Source of the DNA: Vermamoeba vermiformis
Taxonomy: Eukaryota
Direction: 5' to 3'
Assembly: GCA_045837725.1 (NCBI GenBank)
Contig: JBEWZL010000270.1
Location: 310,001-369,786 of the forward strand
DNA: 59,786 bases
In this document: positions 1 to 13,510 of the stretch, piece by piece
How the letters are laid out: the number at the start of each line of letters is the position of its first letter
How positions within the stretch are numbered: position 1 is the stretch's first letter
Position numbers and translations under genes: made by a program
Notes under the pieces: generated by a model
Database searches by the model: none
What the model saw: the letters and a program-made list of their open reading frames with translations, nothing else
What the model was told of the DNA's origin: nothing

Positions 1-176
1 CAAATTACGGAAAGAGTGCGTATTATCTTGTAAGAATTTGAAACGTGTTGAGCGGCGTGTTCTTTAAACTTTGAAATTTTCCTTTTTTAGTTATTGTAAT
101 TCATATTTTTAGAACAGAAATCGTTTTCTGATTCAATTGAAAGTAGTCTTTGCTAATCGATACTACAACAGCCTCG

Positions 177-2453
177 ATGGCGCGATTAGCTTTAGGACTT
201 TTTACTTGTTTGTGCTTGCTGCACTTCAGCACATCCGCACCATTCACGAAGAATAGCTTTGTTGTGTCCTCGAGGGACTCCCTAGCGCAATATTACCTAC
301 AAGAGTACAGTATAAACGGCACAAAATTGCAACAAATCTATTTGCCAACCCCGGGGTAAGCTATAAATTAACGGCCAAATCCAATTTTCAATCCTGACAA
401 CAAAAAATTCGAACGATTATGAAGCGCAACGAATCGGAGGAATATTAAATATTTTATAGACGCTAATTCTAATTATTTTAACTGTCTAACCGACAATTTC
501 GTTCGATCTTGCATCCAAATCTAATAATTTTGCAACTAACCTCTATCCCATTAGAGCTTGCATAACTTGCCGGTTCGGTTTGGATGCAACGGGTCTCTTA
601 CTTTCCATTAACATGTATACTACTGATGCTACCCAATATCACACCCTCGTGCACTTGTACAACTCGCAAGGGGATCTCGTCGAGACTACGGATATTCCAA
701 CAGGCTCCGAGTTCGTTGGTGATGCCACAGTAGGCAATCAAGAAATTTGGTTGACTTATCGATCGGGCGTTATGTACACAAAGCGAGGTACAGCGGCAGT
801 GGTCAACTCTAACATTGCTTCGCCCACAGTTTATAATGCCGCTCAACTTCAATTGATTGGCAGCAAATTATACGCCCAAATTGGTCAGCTTTATGCCATG
901 GATCCTGTGGCTACGACTGGCACCGGCACATTTGTTTCTTTGAATTCTGTTTCGCCACTCTCTGCCACTTGCTATTATATTTATGGAAATGCAATCTACA
1001 GATATGATTCAGGCTATTTGTTCAAGCACACTTTTGATGCCCAAGGAGCTGTTTCTGGCATGTCCGATTACTATCTTCAAATACAAACAAACAATGCTGC
1101 ACCAACTAGTTTGTATGCGATGGCAAGTGAAGGAGTCACTTATGTGTTAATGGTCCTGATCAATGGCTTTGCAAAAGAATATACTTTAGTGCGCTTCACA
1201 GATACTGGAACTCAACTTACCAATCAAGTCACTTTGGATTCAAGCACCACTTATTTTATGCAAGGTGTTGGAAGCTCTCCTAAAATTACTTGCTCAGATG
1301 GCTTTAAAAACCAAGATGAGTCTGACATTGACTGTGGTGGTGCTACTTGTGGCAGTTGCAGCTTGGGCAAAGCTTGTGCAGTTAACAGTGACTGCTCAAC
1401 AGACTACTGCAATTCAACCAAGATTTGTGGTATGTAGTTAAAAGTATCATGCCAGTGATTGCTAACTTGTTTTGTCATAGACACTCCTACATGCAGTGAT
1501 GTCGTCAAGAACCAAAATGAGACTGATGTTGACTGTGGTGGACCTAATTGCAGTCCATGTGCAAATGGAAAATCATGTGACCTTCATACAGATTGCTCCA
1601 GTGGTTACTGTAGTTCATCTAATACCTGTGGTAAGTTATATCAAGTTTCTGTATCTTATTGCTAATTGTTCTGGCACAGCTGATCCAACTTGTAATGATG
1701 GTGCCAAGAACCAAGATGAAACTGACGTTGACTGTGGAGGGCCAACTTGCCTTCCTTGTGAAATTGGAAAAGCTTGCCTATTGCCTAGAGATTGTTTGGG
1801 TGGCTATTGCAATTCAACTCAGATCTGTGGTAAGTCAAAAAGCCGCAAATGTGTTACAGAGGCTGATCAGTATTTCAGATGCCCCTACTTGTGATGATGG
1901 TGTAAAGGACCAAGATGAAACTGATGTTGACTGTGGTGGTGTGACATGCCCTGGCTGCGCCATTGACCAGGTCTGTGTACTTGATGGAGACTGTATCAGC
2001 AAGAGATGTGATGCTGGTTACTGTGGTAAGTCTAACATTGTAAAACCTGCAAACACATACTAAGTTGACATATAAAGTGGTATCATGCTTTGATGGCTTC
2101 ATGAACCAAGATGAGACTGACATTGACTGTGGAGGTTTTGCATGTGTAGAATGTGAAATTGGCAAGGCATGCTCTCTGGACTCTGATTGTAGCAGCAATG
2201 CCTGTTCTAACAATACTTGTGGTAAGCAGAATTCTACTCAAACACCCAATTTGGCTCACACAACACACGTTTAGTCAATCCTCCATCAGCACGCCCAGAG
2301 TCAAGTCCTGTAGCAGATCAGCCCTCCAACGCTCCGAGCTCAAATACACCAGTTGGCTCAAGAACCCCAAGAGGAACGTTGTTGTCTTCTGCCGCTTTCG
2401 TAGTGGTGTCAGCAACAGCATTTGTTTGCGGCTTTGTGACGTTACTTATGTAG
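177..2453 (+). CDS. Secreted, probably GPI-anchored surface protein with five Cys-rich (C[16 protein letters not shown]) repeats; exons 177-355, 555-1429, 1481-1630, 1680-1829, 1879-2025, 2078-2221, 2275-2453
   Basis: Signal peptide [25 protein letters not shown] introns with CTAAC/CTAAT-like branch sites splice in frame; Pro/Ser linker then hydrophobic C-terminus ...[22 protein letters not shown]. Confidence 0.85.
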
Positions 2454-3072
2454 TCAATTAAATTTTTCTTACGCACTTTTTATTAGCAATAAATAGAATT
2501 AAAACGATGTACGAACAGATCTCTGAATGATTTGCCACTGGAGCCTATGCGATCTTTTACCGACGTTAGTATGGTTTAATACTACTGATGAATTACGATA
2601 CGGTCATTGTTAGAATAACATTCTGAATCTAGTTTTGTGTGCAGTGACTTGATCCGGATCGAGAAAAAAAGCCGGCGATGTCGATCGAACAAAGCACAAA
2701 AATAGGGAATTAACAAAATGGAACTCGTTGATAAACAAAAACGTGTTCCTAAGCCATTTCAATTGGTTAGAGCCGGAAAATTATGCCGCGTGATTTGTCT
2801 TCCGATTATTTCAAATAAACGCATCAATACCTCTTCCAAAATAGGAAATTAATGAACGCTGCCTTAGTAGGCGTCGACTGTCACACCTGATTCTTCACCT
2901 CTAATTTTATGCTTGATTGATTTCTCAAATTAAACTATTGGCCGTCTATTTATAAAATGGACCAATAGGAATCTAATTTACCGACAGCCTACAAAATAGC
3001 CGATTATTCGGTAATAAATTTATTATTAAGCTAAATATTTACATTGTGTTGGTTTTAGTTCCGTTCGGTCCG

Positions 3073-3453
3073 TCAATTCCTCATCATTAAGAATATCGAA
3101 GCAAAAATGACGGTGGAAAAGAAAACCGAAGCGATATACCATGAAATAAACCATTTTATAGGTAATAATCCTTCATCCGCCGAGCAGAGCGTTAATGGTT
3201 TTATTCCTAGACAAAGGATCCGATCTGCTGAATCGATTTTGATTCCACCTTTGTATCGTTCTACGAAGCTGCTATACAATTTAATAGGCGACAATAATAT
3301 ATCATTTTCCGATATGTAGCCAGGCCTCCTCCGGTACATCATTTTGATTGTAAAGTAGGTTGAAATGCCGACAATGTAGGCGCAGTAAAGTGTCGGCAGG
3401 ACGATATATGCTACAACTAGATCGGCCATAATCTTGTGGCTGTGGTCGTTCAT
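3073..3453 (-). CDS. Small hypothetical membrane protein (two hydrophobic segments)
   Basis: Intronless 126-aa ORF with N- and C-terminal hydrophobic stretches; no family recognised. Confidence 0.55.
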   Translation of the reverse strand: MNDHSHKIMADLVVAYIVLPTLYCAYIVGISTYFTIKMMYRRRPGYISENDILLSPIKLYSSFVERYKGGIKIDSADRILCLGIKPLTLCSADEGLLPIKWFISWYIASVFFSTVIFASIFLMMRN

Positions 3454-3758
3454 CCTTTGTGGTTGGATCTAATTCGATTATTTTTAAAAAGAGCTTAATT
3501 TGGAAAGAGCCGAAAAATTGTAGCGAATTTCTTTACCATAAAGGTTTGATTTGTTATGTAACTGTTGTCCTTCAATTGAATAGATCACGATAATAGTTTG
3601 ATCGTTAGGCTGAGCGGATATGCTAGAAATTCCGATGCAAGAATTTACTTCTTTGTGTGCAAGACTCTAATTGAATAGGTGAATTATATTACAAGGATTT
3701 TATTTTACATCAACAATGCTACAATTTTGAGCCAAGGAGAGCTCGATCCGAGTGAATT

Positions 3759-5252
3759 TTAATTCCGATCGGATGCTTGTAAAGAGACACTACCACCAGA
3801 TGTCCTCGACAAAATTAAGAAAGATTGACCATTGTAGGTCTTATGGGGTATTACTGGCGATACGTCAGCGCTTCCTGCCCCAGAATTTCTCAAGATCGGC
3901 GAAGAAATGACTCGATGGATGTGCTTACTTTCAGAGCTCTTCTTTTCGGCTTTCTTTTTGGACTTTGACTTATCAGACTTACTCGTGATATAGTTTCCTG
4001 ATACGCTGAGGTCAACATCGCTCAATTGCACGGTCCAGCGCTTATTCTCGGAGACATTTTGAGATGAGGTCTCGTACGAGTAACATCTGCGTTTTTCTGA
4101 GCGGATTTTGGTGACTTTCTCGATATTCTCCGATGAAGATCGCGTTCTATTGTGTAGTTCTATCAATTGCATAGATTTCGGCCGCAAAGCTATATAAATT
4201 TAGCAGTTTTAGTAACAGATTTGAATTTCGCAGGTAAATGACTGAATTGCAATAATATAAGCTGACGTACCTCTTAATTTCTCGAGCTTAGGCAATGCAG
4301 ATGCAGCTCGTCGTGGTCCTCTACGCTCTCGCTTTTTGCCTTCTTCGGATTCGTCGTGAGATCCAGACAACAAATCATCGCCTGACAGCTGTGGAAAAGG
4401 TACTCGTTGCGCCTTACGGGAATGTTTCGGTGACTTGACGATAGAATACTGAGTATTAATTTCTGAGTCGTATATCTTGTTGCTAGGCAAATCTTTCAAA
4501 GATTTGGATCGAGGTTTCGATGACGGACTGCTAGTGGTCGAATCTGCTCGTTCTCCGTCGCCATTCACACTGCTTCGATATGTAATGATCTTGCAAAATG
4601 TCTTTGGCGAAGAACGAGGCAAAACAGACAAAGTACGTGGAGATTTTGCTGCAGATCGAGGCGTGGTAGTTTGCGCGGGCTTTGAGACATTTGAATTGTG
4701 CACAAAACTTGATGGCAGTGACCTCCTCTTATCTACACTCTCTAGCCTACGGGTTTTTGATTCGCGCGCACTTTTAGTCTTCTGATTTGAAAAATCAAAG
4801 GACGACATCTGATCAAAAATATTTGATTAATTAAAATCAACTTTCAGACAGGTTGTTTCACGAATCTTTGTCGGATAAATAGTACTTACATCCATTGTTC
4901 GCTGCGGACCATCATTTGAAGCTCTGGACGATGATATTTCTGGAGTCCTTTTTGCGCGTCTTCGATCAGCCTTTGGATCTGGCGCACGAACGCGAGAACT
5001 GGTTGAAATATTGGATCTATCGTCTTCAGATGATGGCTCTTCCTTACTAAACACTTCTTTACAGCTAAACATTTCGTCGTCATCGATTTCTTTGTTCCAT
5101 CTTGCAATGGAAGACTGGCTATCCACTTCGCTGTCTTGTTCCGAATCAATATCCAGTATAGAATTGTTCTTTAGTAAGTTGAGTGCACGAGCCCATTGGT
5201 CTAAACTGCTAATGCTCACGGATGATTTCAATTTCCCTTTCGATCCGCTCAT
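3759..5252 (-). CDS. Ser/Lys/Arg-rich low-complexity hypothetical protein, multi-exon; 5' end uncertain
   Basis: Consecutive minus-strand ORFs 4827-5252, 4209-4808 and 3759-4187 joined by GT-AG introns. Confidence 0.6.
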
Positions 5253-5776
5253 CTTGCTTATTGAATCCGCGAAACCGTCTGCAATGGGTTAACGTACACT
5301 GCGCCACGAGAAAATGATATTTTTGCTCGAGTGTTGCTGCCAGGACGTCGTGTTAGTGAAATTAGGCATGAATTAACGAAAAAGGAGTTGATTGATAATG
5401 ACGGCTGTGCATCCGGATGAAATCCCAATTAAATGCACCATTTATGTTCAATAGTACGCACACTCTCGTGCCTTAAATATAAAAATTAATCTGCGTACTG
5501 TCTACCACAGATGAGCCTAATTTAATATAATTTTCGGCAGTTAAATCCGGGATGTGCTTTGTGTGCCTCGTGTTGCACGTTCGTCGTCTCTGAGCACCTT
5601 CATCATATAATGTACTCATTCGTGCACGACTCCGTTGTATAGGTATAATTATATTCTATTGTGGTCGTATCAAATCAATTGATATTTTTGTAACGGTCTA
5701 GGGCAAAATCTTTTTTTTGCTGCTAATTAAATTATTATTGTTTGCCCTTTAATATATTACCACACGTTATAATAAG

Positions 5777-8443
5777 ATGGAAAAAACTGAATCTGAAACA
5801 ATTGGAGCACAAACTGAGCTCGGAAAATTGTTGCTTGGTGTATCTCAAGACTCAGCCGTCACGATCGAAAAACAAGCTGCAGGTAATCATTATAATATAC
5901 TTGAATATCATATTCAACACAAGCAGCCTTTAGAGAGTAAATATTGAGTAATTTTGTGCCAGATTGCCCTATCGAAGCAGTAACGGTTTACAACGATCGC
6001 GCTGAAGTGAAAAGAAAAGTTCAATTCAACGTGCAAAATTCAGGTAAATATTAATGGAGCTAAAATTATCGATAGGAGCAGTACAGCAATTGAAATTCTA
6101 AGGCCTTAATACAAATCTACTCAAACTCGTATTATCGATTAATTATGTTTTAAAAATATTATAGGCGTTGTTGATATCGTTGTTAATGGCTTGAACCAGT
6201 TAGGTAAGTTAAACATTTTGTTAAATGAAAATTCAATTTGGTCTTCGAGCCTAACCTTGATCCAATCTTGCGATTAACTAAATTTAGCTCAAATATTAAT
6301 CATAATTATTTAGTTGAGGCCAACAGCGTTAGAGTGAGCGGCGCTACTCGTCAATTGACGATCTTAGAGGTAAGTTTGTACCAACCATTTTAACCTTTGA
6401 ATAACGCTAAGCTCGCTATTAATTCTAGGTATCTCAATATACTATGTTCGAGCTTAAGCAAAAGAACGAAAAAGAATTGGAATCTGCATTAAGCGACAAG
6501 CGCAAGAAATTGAAGGATCTCGATCGAGCTTTACGCGATGTAGATATGGACTCAAATGTCTTATCAGTAAGTACTACGTGTATTTAAACAATATTGCAAT
6601 TAGAAAATAATAATCCACCGTTAAATTACGTCGTTCATGCTTCGCGTACCAGATGTACTTGTAGCCGAACTAATCGATTTCGTTACATTAGAAACAACGT
6701 GCCGTCCTTGAAATGTACTCCAATGAGTCTATGAAATCGAAGGGCAAACTGAACCTCGATGAAGTCTCTCAAATGATGACTTTCATCCGAAACGAATCTG
6801 CTCGTTTGGACAAGGCTGTAGTTGACTTGGAGCAAAAGAAAAAAGGTACTATTCAATGCTAAGCGTTATTTACGTTGTATTAATATGCCTTAGATCTCCA
6901 AAAGGAGTATGATACCTTGAAGAAGGAGATCGAGTACCGACAGATCCAAGATGATACTGGCGGTCAACAAGCCACTAGAATTTCAGTGCACGTGCCTTCT
7001 GGCGGTGATGTAAGTATAAAGCCGTATTATTTGTATTATACGGATGCTTACTAATCGAAATTTCAGTACACGTTCTCGTTCACTTACGTGATCACTAATG
7101 CCTCGTGGACGGCGAGTTATGACGTGCGAGTGCAGACCAAGGCATTGACTTGCCAACTAGTCTACTACGGATCAGTCCGTAACAGCACTGGCGAGGACTG
7201 GAAAGACGTCAAGTTGTTTTTATCGACCGCTTCGCCGGGCACTCGTGCCGCCCCTCCTCCATTGCGAACATTGCGCGTTAGATTCCCAGTGCCTGTTTAT
7301 CAATCTTATGGATCAGTTTGTAAGAATAACATGAACAATTCATTATTTCTAAGGCTAGATCTAACCGTTATTTTTCAAAAAGATAAAAATAGTCTCTCCG
7401 AACAGTCGATGGTTTTGAAAGCTGCTGATATGCCCAGATCACCTCATGCTGAACGTTCCAGACCTCCACCTTCAGCAGCACCCATGAGCGTATTGTCTGC
7501 AAAGGCTGGTACGTAACAACACGCAAAATTTTAGAAAAAAAGTCATGCTAATTATACCACAGAGTCGAGCAACACCAGTCAGACTTATGCAATTTTGCGC
7601 TCGTGCACTATCGAGAGCGACAACAAGCCTCACAAAGTGACCATTTCGGTGATCGACCTCGCTGCCACCTTCCTTTACACGACCATTCCAAAGCTTGCAC
7701 CATCAGTAAGGCTTCATCTTATTGATATTAAGGGTAGTACTAACGACCGTGATAAACTATAGGCATATCTTAAGGCTCATACTACCAACAACAGTACTTT
7801 CCAATTGCTCAAAGGTCCGATGAATGTGTTCAGCGACAACTTTTTCATTGCCTCTTCGGAACTTCCCGTACGTTATAATTATCCATCAAAAGCATCGTAC
7901 AGTTGTGCTAATACAATGCTTTGGCTAGGCCACGAGTCCTGGAGGAGAATTCGATGTTTTCCTTGGCGTGGATCCGGGTGTTAAAGTGGAGTTTAAGCCG
8001 GTCAAGGTGAAAGAAGGCAAGGCTGGTCTTATCAAAAAGAGCAAGACCGAGAACACTGCACATAAGATTACTATATCGAACAACAAGCCTAACAATGTAA
8101 TTCTAAATTTATGCTCGTAACTTGGTCTCTAACGTCGATTTTTCAGATTGAGATCTGCGTGTTCGAGCAAGTCCCTTTGTCCGAGGACGATAAAGTCAAA
8201 GTCAAAATTATTAAGCCTGAGCTTAAGGTGCGTAGTATAGCATATTAATTGCGTTCATATTGATTAATAGTTTAATAGGACAATTCTGACGCGGTCGTAT
8301 TGAACGAGTTCAACAACTTGAAGTGGCACTTTAAAATGGATTCGTTCTCCAAGACTAAGATTGAATTAGAATATCAAATCGATTACCCTGCGGAGCGTTA
8401 TATCAATATTCACGAGGGATCTAAGGAGGACACTTTGGAATAA
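5777..8443 (+). CDS. DUF4140 (N-term) / DUF4139 (C-term) family protein, multi-exon
   Basis: Spliced motifs CPIEAVTVYNDRAEVKR, NASWTASYDVRV, YYGSVRNSTGEDW, AYLKAHTTN, FDVFLGVDP. Confidence 0.85.
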
Positions 8444-8619
8444 GATCACATCTGATCTTCGAGATCTGTCTTGAAAGAGCTTTCTAACCGACTAAGCAAT
8501 TATTTATTAATAAAGTAGTGGCCGCTGGTACTATAATATCATATTCATAGTCTTCGTGTCATCGGGTCAAGCAAATACTCAATGGTGAGTTTACTCAGTT
8601 CGATTTGAATTTTACAGCG

Positions 8620-9297
8620 ATGACCACAAGAGCAATAACTTTAGTATTTCAACGGCGGTTAATGTCAAGTACGTTAATGTAATGCTTAATCAAGGCTAAG
8701 TTAATAAGCTAACACTTCTTTTGCCTGGTGCCAGCTGTCGTGCACAAAAAAGAACCTTTCGACATTAATAAATTTGGAAAAAACAGTCCTCCTGTAATAA
8801 TATTCGACGGAGTATGCAAATGGTGCAATGCGAATGTTAATTTTGTGATTGCTAAGGATACAAAGAAGATCTTCAAATTCGCTCAATGGCAATCACGACC
8901 TGTGAGCTTGCTAACCTATTATTATCATACCATATTCTTATTTAGTAATTTATAGGGTCAAGAACTGCTGAAAAAGTTCGATATAGAGACAGATCTGAAT
9001 AAAACAGCCACAATGATATTAATTGAAGATGGTGTCGCGTATTCACACTCAACAGCCGCACTGAAAATTGGACAAAAATTAGGAACACCTTATTCGTGGC
9101 TGGCAACTGCTGCACTGTTCGTTCCAAGGCCCATCCGCGATTTTGGGTACTCATTAATTGCTCGTAACCGTTACAGGTTCGTAATTCATTATATTTCCGT
9201 CACAGCAATTTTATCAATTAATTTTAGGATAATGGGCAAATACAATCAATGCTTAATGCCGAGTAAAGACGTAAAAGACAGATTTTTGGAAGAGTGA
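8620..9297 (+). CDS. DCC-family (DUF393/YuxK-like) thiol-disulfide oxidoreductase
   Basis: IIFDGVCKWCNANV (DxxCxxC), FKFAQWQS, PRPIRDFGYSLIARNRYR. Confidence 0.88.
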
Positions 9298-9464
9298 ACT
9301 TACTTGGATCCTTCGCCTGTCATAACTTAGTAATGTGAATATATGTGTACATAAAAGGAATGTAAATATGACTTTTGGCGCTGATTGGTTGAACGAAATG
9401 CCGTTAAAGAAATAAATTTTTGGTGGCCGAAGTGTCAACAGAAAAGTTCTTTGGATCAGCACAA

Positions 9465-11276
9465 ATGGCCGACTCTAAGGCTATAGAGCTCACTTCAAAT
9501 AGTGTATTAGATGAAGACGAGGATGATTTGACCGTATATGATAAAGAGTCGCAGAATCCAAGGTAAGTAGTAAATTAATTAATTTTGTGCTTCTAGAATT
9601 TTATACCAAATCAATTATTATTTGAAATGATCAAGTGATATATATTTATTTAATTGCATATATTAGAGTATTTAAATTAATTTCTTTTATTTTGTACAAC
9701 AGCGGTTTTGGTGCGCGGATGTTAGAAATTTTATTGGCATTCCTTCCATTAGGCTTTATAAGCTTCGGAGGCCCTCAAGCACATATAGTAAGCCCTTCAA
9801 CGAATACATACTTAATTTCAACGCTTACTAAGCCGAGATCTGGATTTCTGTTAAACTGTCAGTTGCTTATTGTCGCTTATTTAGGCTTTATTGCATCAAA
9901 GTTTTGTAGAGAAGCGTAATTGGATTACGGATACAGCATTTACAGATTTATTTGGCCTCGCATCTGCGTTGCCTGGCCCGAGCTCATCCCAGATGGTGGC
10001 AGCACTCGGATTTATCCGTTCAGGAATGATTGGAGGCAGCTTTGCGTTATTTTGCTTTCAAATACCTTCCGCTATTCTTATGGCAGCTGCTGGTCTTTTA
10101 ATGCGAAATGAAACTGTCACGCAATTTTTGATGAATCCGCCTGCTTGGGTAAGTCGGCTATAAAAATTCCGTACATTACGATATTAATGCCTTATTATGA
10201 CATGTAGTTTGCGGGTCTTAAGAACGGCCTATTTGCAGCGTCAATTGCTTTGATCGCAGTTTCAATTTGGAAGTTGGGCACGAAAAACATCGAGACAAAA
10301 ATGACTAAAGCGTTATTTATTACGAGTAAGTTATAATTCTGCTATAATTTTCTTGGAATTATTAATAATTATTTATTTAAGCGACAATTTTGTCCTTGCT
10401 TATCAAAGCTGCTTGGACATTGCCGGTCTATTTATTTGTTAGCGGTCTAATTTCATATGGATGGCTTACTTTCTTAGAAAAACGAAACAAAAGACCTCCT
10501 AATATGGACGCACAAAGCGATAATACTTTAGAAATCATCGAAACACAAGATCCGCAAACGAACAACGATGTCCAACAAATTCAATCTGAAAATATTATCG
10601 AAACGTTCAAGAGCACGAAGAATGCCAAATTAGGCGTGATTAACATTGCAGCATTTTTCGTCATTCTTATTATGGTAATTGTCGTGCGAAGTTTGTTCCC
10701 GTCGTGCATCAACTGCGTCATTGCAGAAGTATTTTATCGAGTCGGCGCTGTCATTTATGGAGGAGGACAAGTCGTATTGCCAATGTTCATCTCGGAGCTA
10801 GTGGATACGGGATATATGACCGAAAGTGCATTTTTGTACGGCTTGACCCTTATCCAAAGTTTGCCAGGTACATCCGGATCTCGCAACTTTTTTCACTTTG
10901 CTAATCAATGTATCTTATTATAGGTCCGCTATTTAACTTAAGTGCGTTCCTTGGTGCAGTTGTCGGAGGAGTTCCAGGCATGATCATCGCGTGGCTCGGA
11001 ATTTTCGCACCAGGCGTCATGCTGATTTTTGGAGTTTATCCGTTCTGGTCGAAACTCTCGCAGCAACAATGGATGAAGAAAGTCTTGGTTGGATTGAATG
11101 CAGGAGCACTAGGATTGATTTTATCAGCGTTTTTCATTCTTTGGGTCAAGTTCCCTGTCGTTTACGCATCCGCGGCTTTGTTGGGCGGTGGTTTGGTCTT
11201 ATTTTACGATGTGGCCACACCGATCGCTATTGTAATTAGTGGACTGTTCGGTATAGTCGTTGGAGTGCTATTTTAA
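9465..11276 (+). CDS. chrA: Chromate ion transporter (CHR family, long-chain)
   Basis: SFGGPQAHI, LPGPSSSQ, YGGGQVVLP and spliced LPGPLFNLSAFLG: duplicated CHR motifs with many TM segments. Confidence 0.9.
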
Positions 11277-11465
11277 TGTAATAAATATCTCACTAGACCG
11301 GTCTGTGTCAATTTCCTAAATAGGAAACGTGGACCAAAATAACAGTCTCGCGACAATCCAGATTATTATTGAAAGTATATTATAGATAACACAAGTCATT
11401 ATTCTAGAATATTGGGTTATTGTACAGAATCAGACAAAGAATAATAGAAACTGAAATCGGATGAG

Positions 11466-12738
11466 ATGGGAAGCAAGGGAACGAAGATTTTAAACGAAGG
11501 AACGGCAGAGCCAACTGATAAATCCGCAAATACTATTGCACAAGAATTAAATGGCCAAGTATTAAAGCTGTACGGAAAGTTTCTGAATGACCAAGGAACT
11601 GCTGTCGACTACAAAGGCTTAGGACAAAGCGAAGAATTTCAAGAATTTAAGCAAAAGACTTTATTATTGCATAATGTAAGCTAATAGAATTATTTATGAT
11701 TTTTTAATTATTTTTCGGAATAACGTTCGGTATTAATTTGTTTTTACGACAACAGGTTGATTTAAGCACGCTAGACGAGAATGAGAAATTAGCCTTTTTT
11801 ATTAACCTCTATAATGCCCTGGTAATTCATGCAAACGTCGAGTAAGTTTATTCGGATTCGGAACAAAAAGTTGCTCCGTCGATGGTGGGACCCGTCCCAT
11901 TACCACCATACTACCAATAGGCTCACTTCGTATATGTTACTGTATATTAACGGTATAATTGCAGAATCGGCTTCCCTCAGAGCGCGTTACAACGATCCAG
12001 TTTCTTCTCTGGTGCGGCTTACCAGATCGGACCTCATGTTTATTCATTGAACGATATTGAGCACGGAATTTTACGAGGTAGGCGATGTGATATTATTGAG
12101 AGTTAATATGCAAATTACATTGATTAGGCAATTTATTTTAAAGTATTGCAGACCTCCGCGACATTATTCGGTAACCAAAGATTAATTTCTTGTATTGTAG
12201 CTAATAGAAAGCACCCCGGATCGTTTATGAACACTTGGAGTCACTCAGATGCGCGTACAGCTTTCATGGTCGAGAAATTTGATCCGCGAATCCACTTTGC
12301 GCTCGTCTGCGGCGCTAAGTCTTGCCCTCCTATTAGGATCTTTAAGAAAGGTATGTATAATGATGTTAATATAGTGTATTGACGTCCTTATCTAATGTGT
12401 GACTTCATGTAGAAAACGTCCAAGACGCGTTACAAAAAGCGGCCTTAAACTTTTGCCAAACAAACGTTACAATTAAGCCTAATAAAAAAGAGGTAAACAT
12501 TATATACATATAATAGTATTATAGAGTTAGTTTAGGCATATTTATTAATCTTCTACCGCAGATCTGGTTATCAAAAATATTTATGTGGTACTCAGGTGAC
12601 TTTGGTGCGAATCAAAAAGAACTGTTGCAATACATTCGTCAATTCTTGGAAGAAGAGCAGCAAAAGGAGCTTGACGAAGCCATTGAAAAGCATTACCACG
12701 TCAAGTACGAAGAGTACGATTGGGGTACCAACGAATAA
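11466..12738 (+). CDS. DUF547 domain protein, multi-exon
   Basis: EKLAFFINLYNALVIHA, SLNDIEHGILR, DPRIHFALVCGAKSCPPI, LSKIFMWYSGDFG. Confidence 0.88.
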
Positions 12739-13510
12739 GAGTCTTTGTATATATATGTTATCTACACGAATGTTTCATGTAATAAATAACGTTATTAAGC
12801 TCAGTAGGTTGCAGTGGATATCGGATCGGCAGTGATCTTTTTGCCAACAAGGATTCAAACCCTCGAGCATTCATTGCGTAAGATAGGGTATCTAAATTTA
12901 CTTCTAAAGCACCTTTTACTACTTTAATTTTTGTTTTTCCAAAGTACAATTAATTTTTCCTAATTTGGAATTTGTATGGAGGATCTATCTCGGACTAATC
13001 TTCAGCATCATTGTAGGTCAATAATGATCGAATAGAGTATATTGTACCCTAAGGTAATCAATCTTTGGATTTTGTTGAGTTGCAACAGCAGTTTATCGTA
13101 AAGATTCTCTTTTTTCGACCGTTATTTTTCAAAATTAGTTTCGAACGTGCCAAAGCAAAAGGCTTAAAAATACAATATATATGGACCAGTAATACAGAGG
13201 AATACAATAATCAGGTATTTAACCGCTGCCTTGATCTCGTGCCGAAACAAATCTAATTTTCGTCAGTAAAATTTCGGCACGTAAATGAATATTGATTTTA
13301 ATTATTATTAATTATTAGTACATATTTTCCTATTTATTGGTGAATTAGGTAAATTTAACCTTGCCTAATTAATTCAGTGGAAATTACTCCACAACACGCC
13401 ACCGCGCGATTTATTCGAGGATTAATTAAGAAATTATTTACATAAACACGAATTATATTAGCAATAATCAAGCTTGATATTTTGATTTAATATTTTGAAT
13501 TTTTTTGTAG

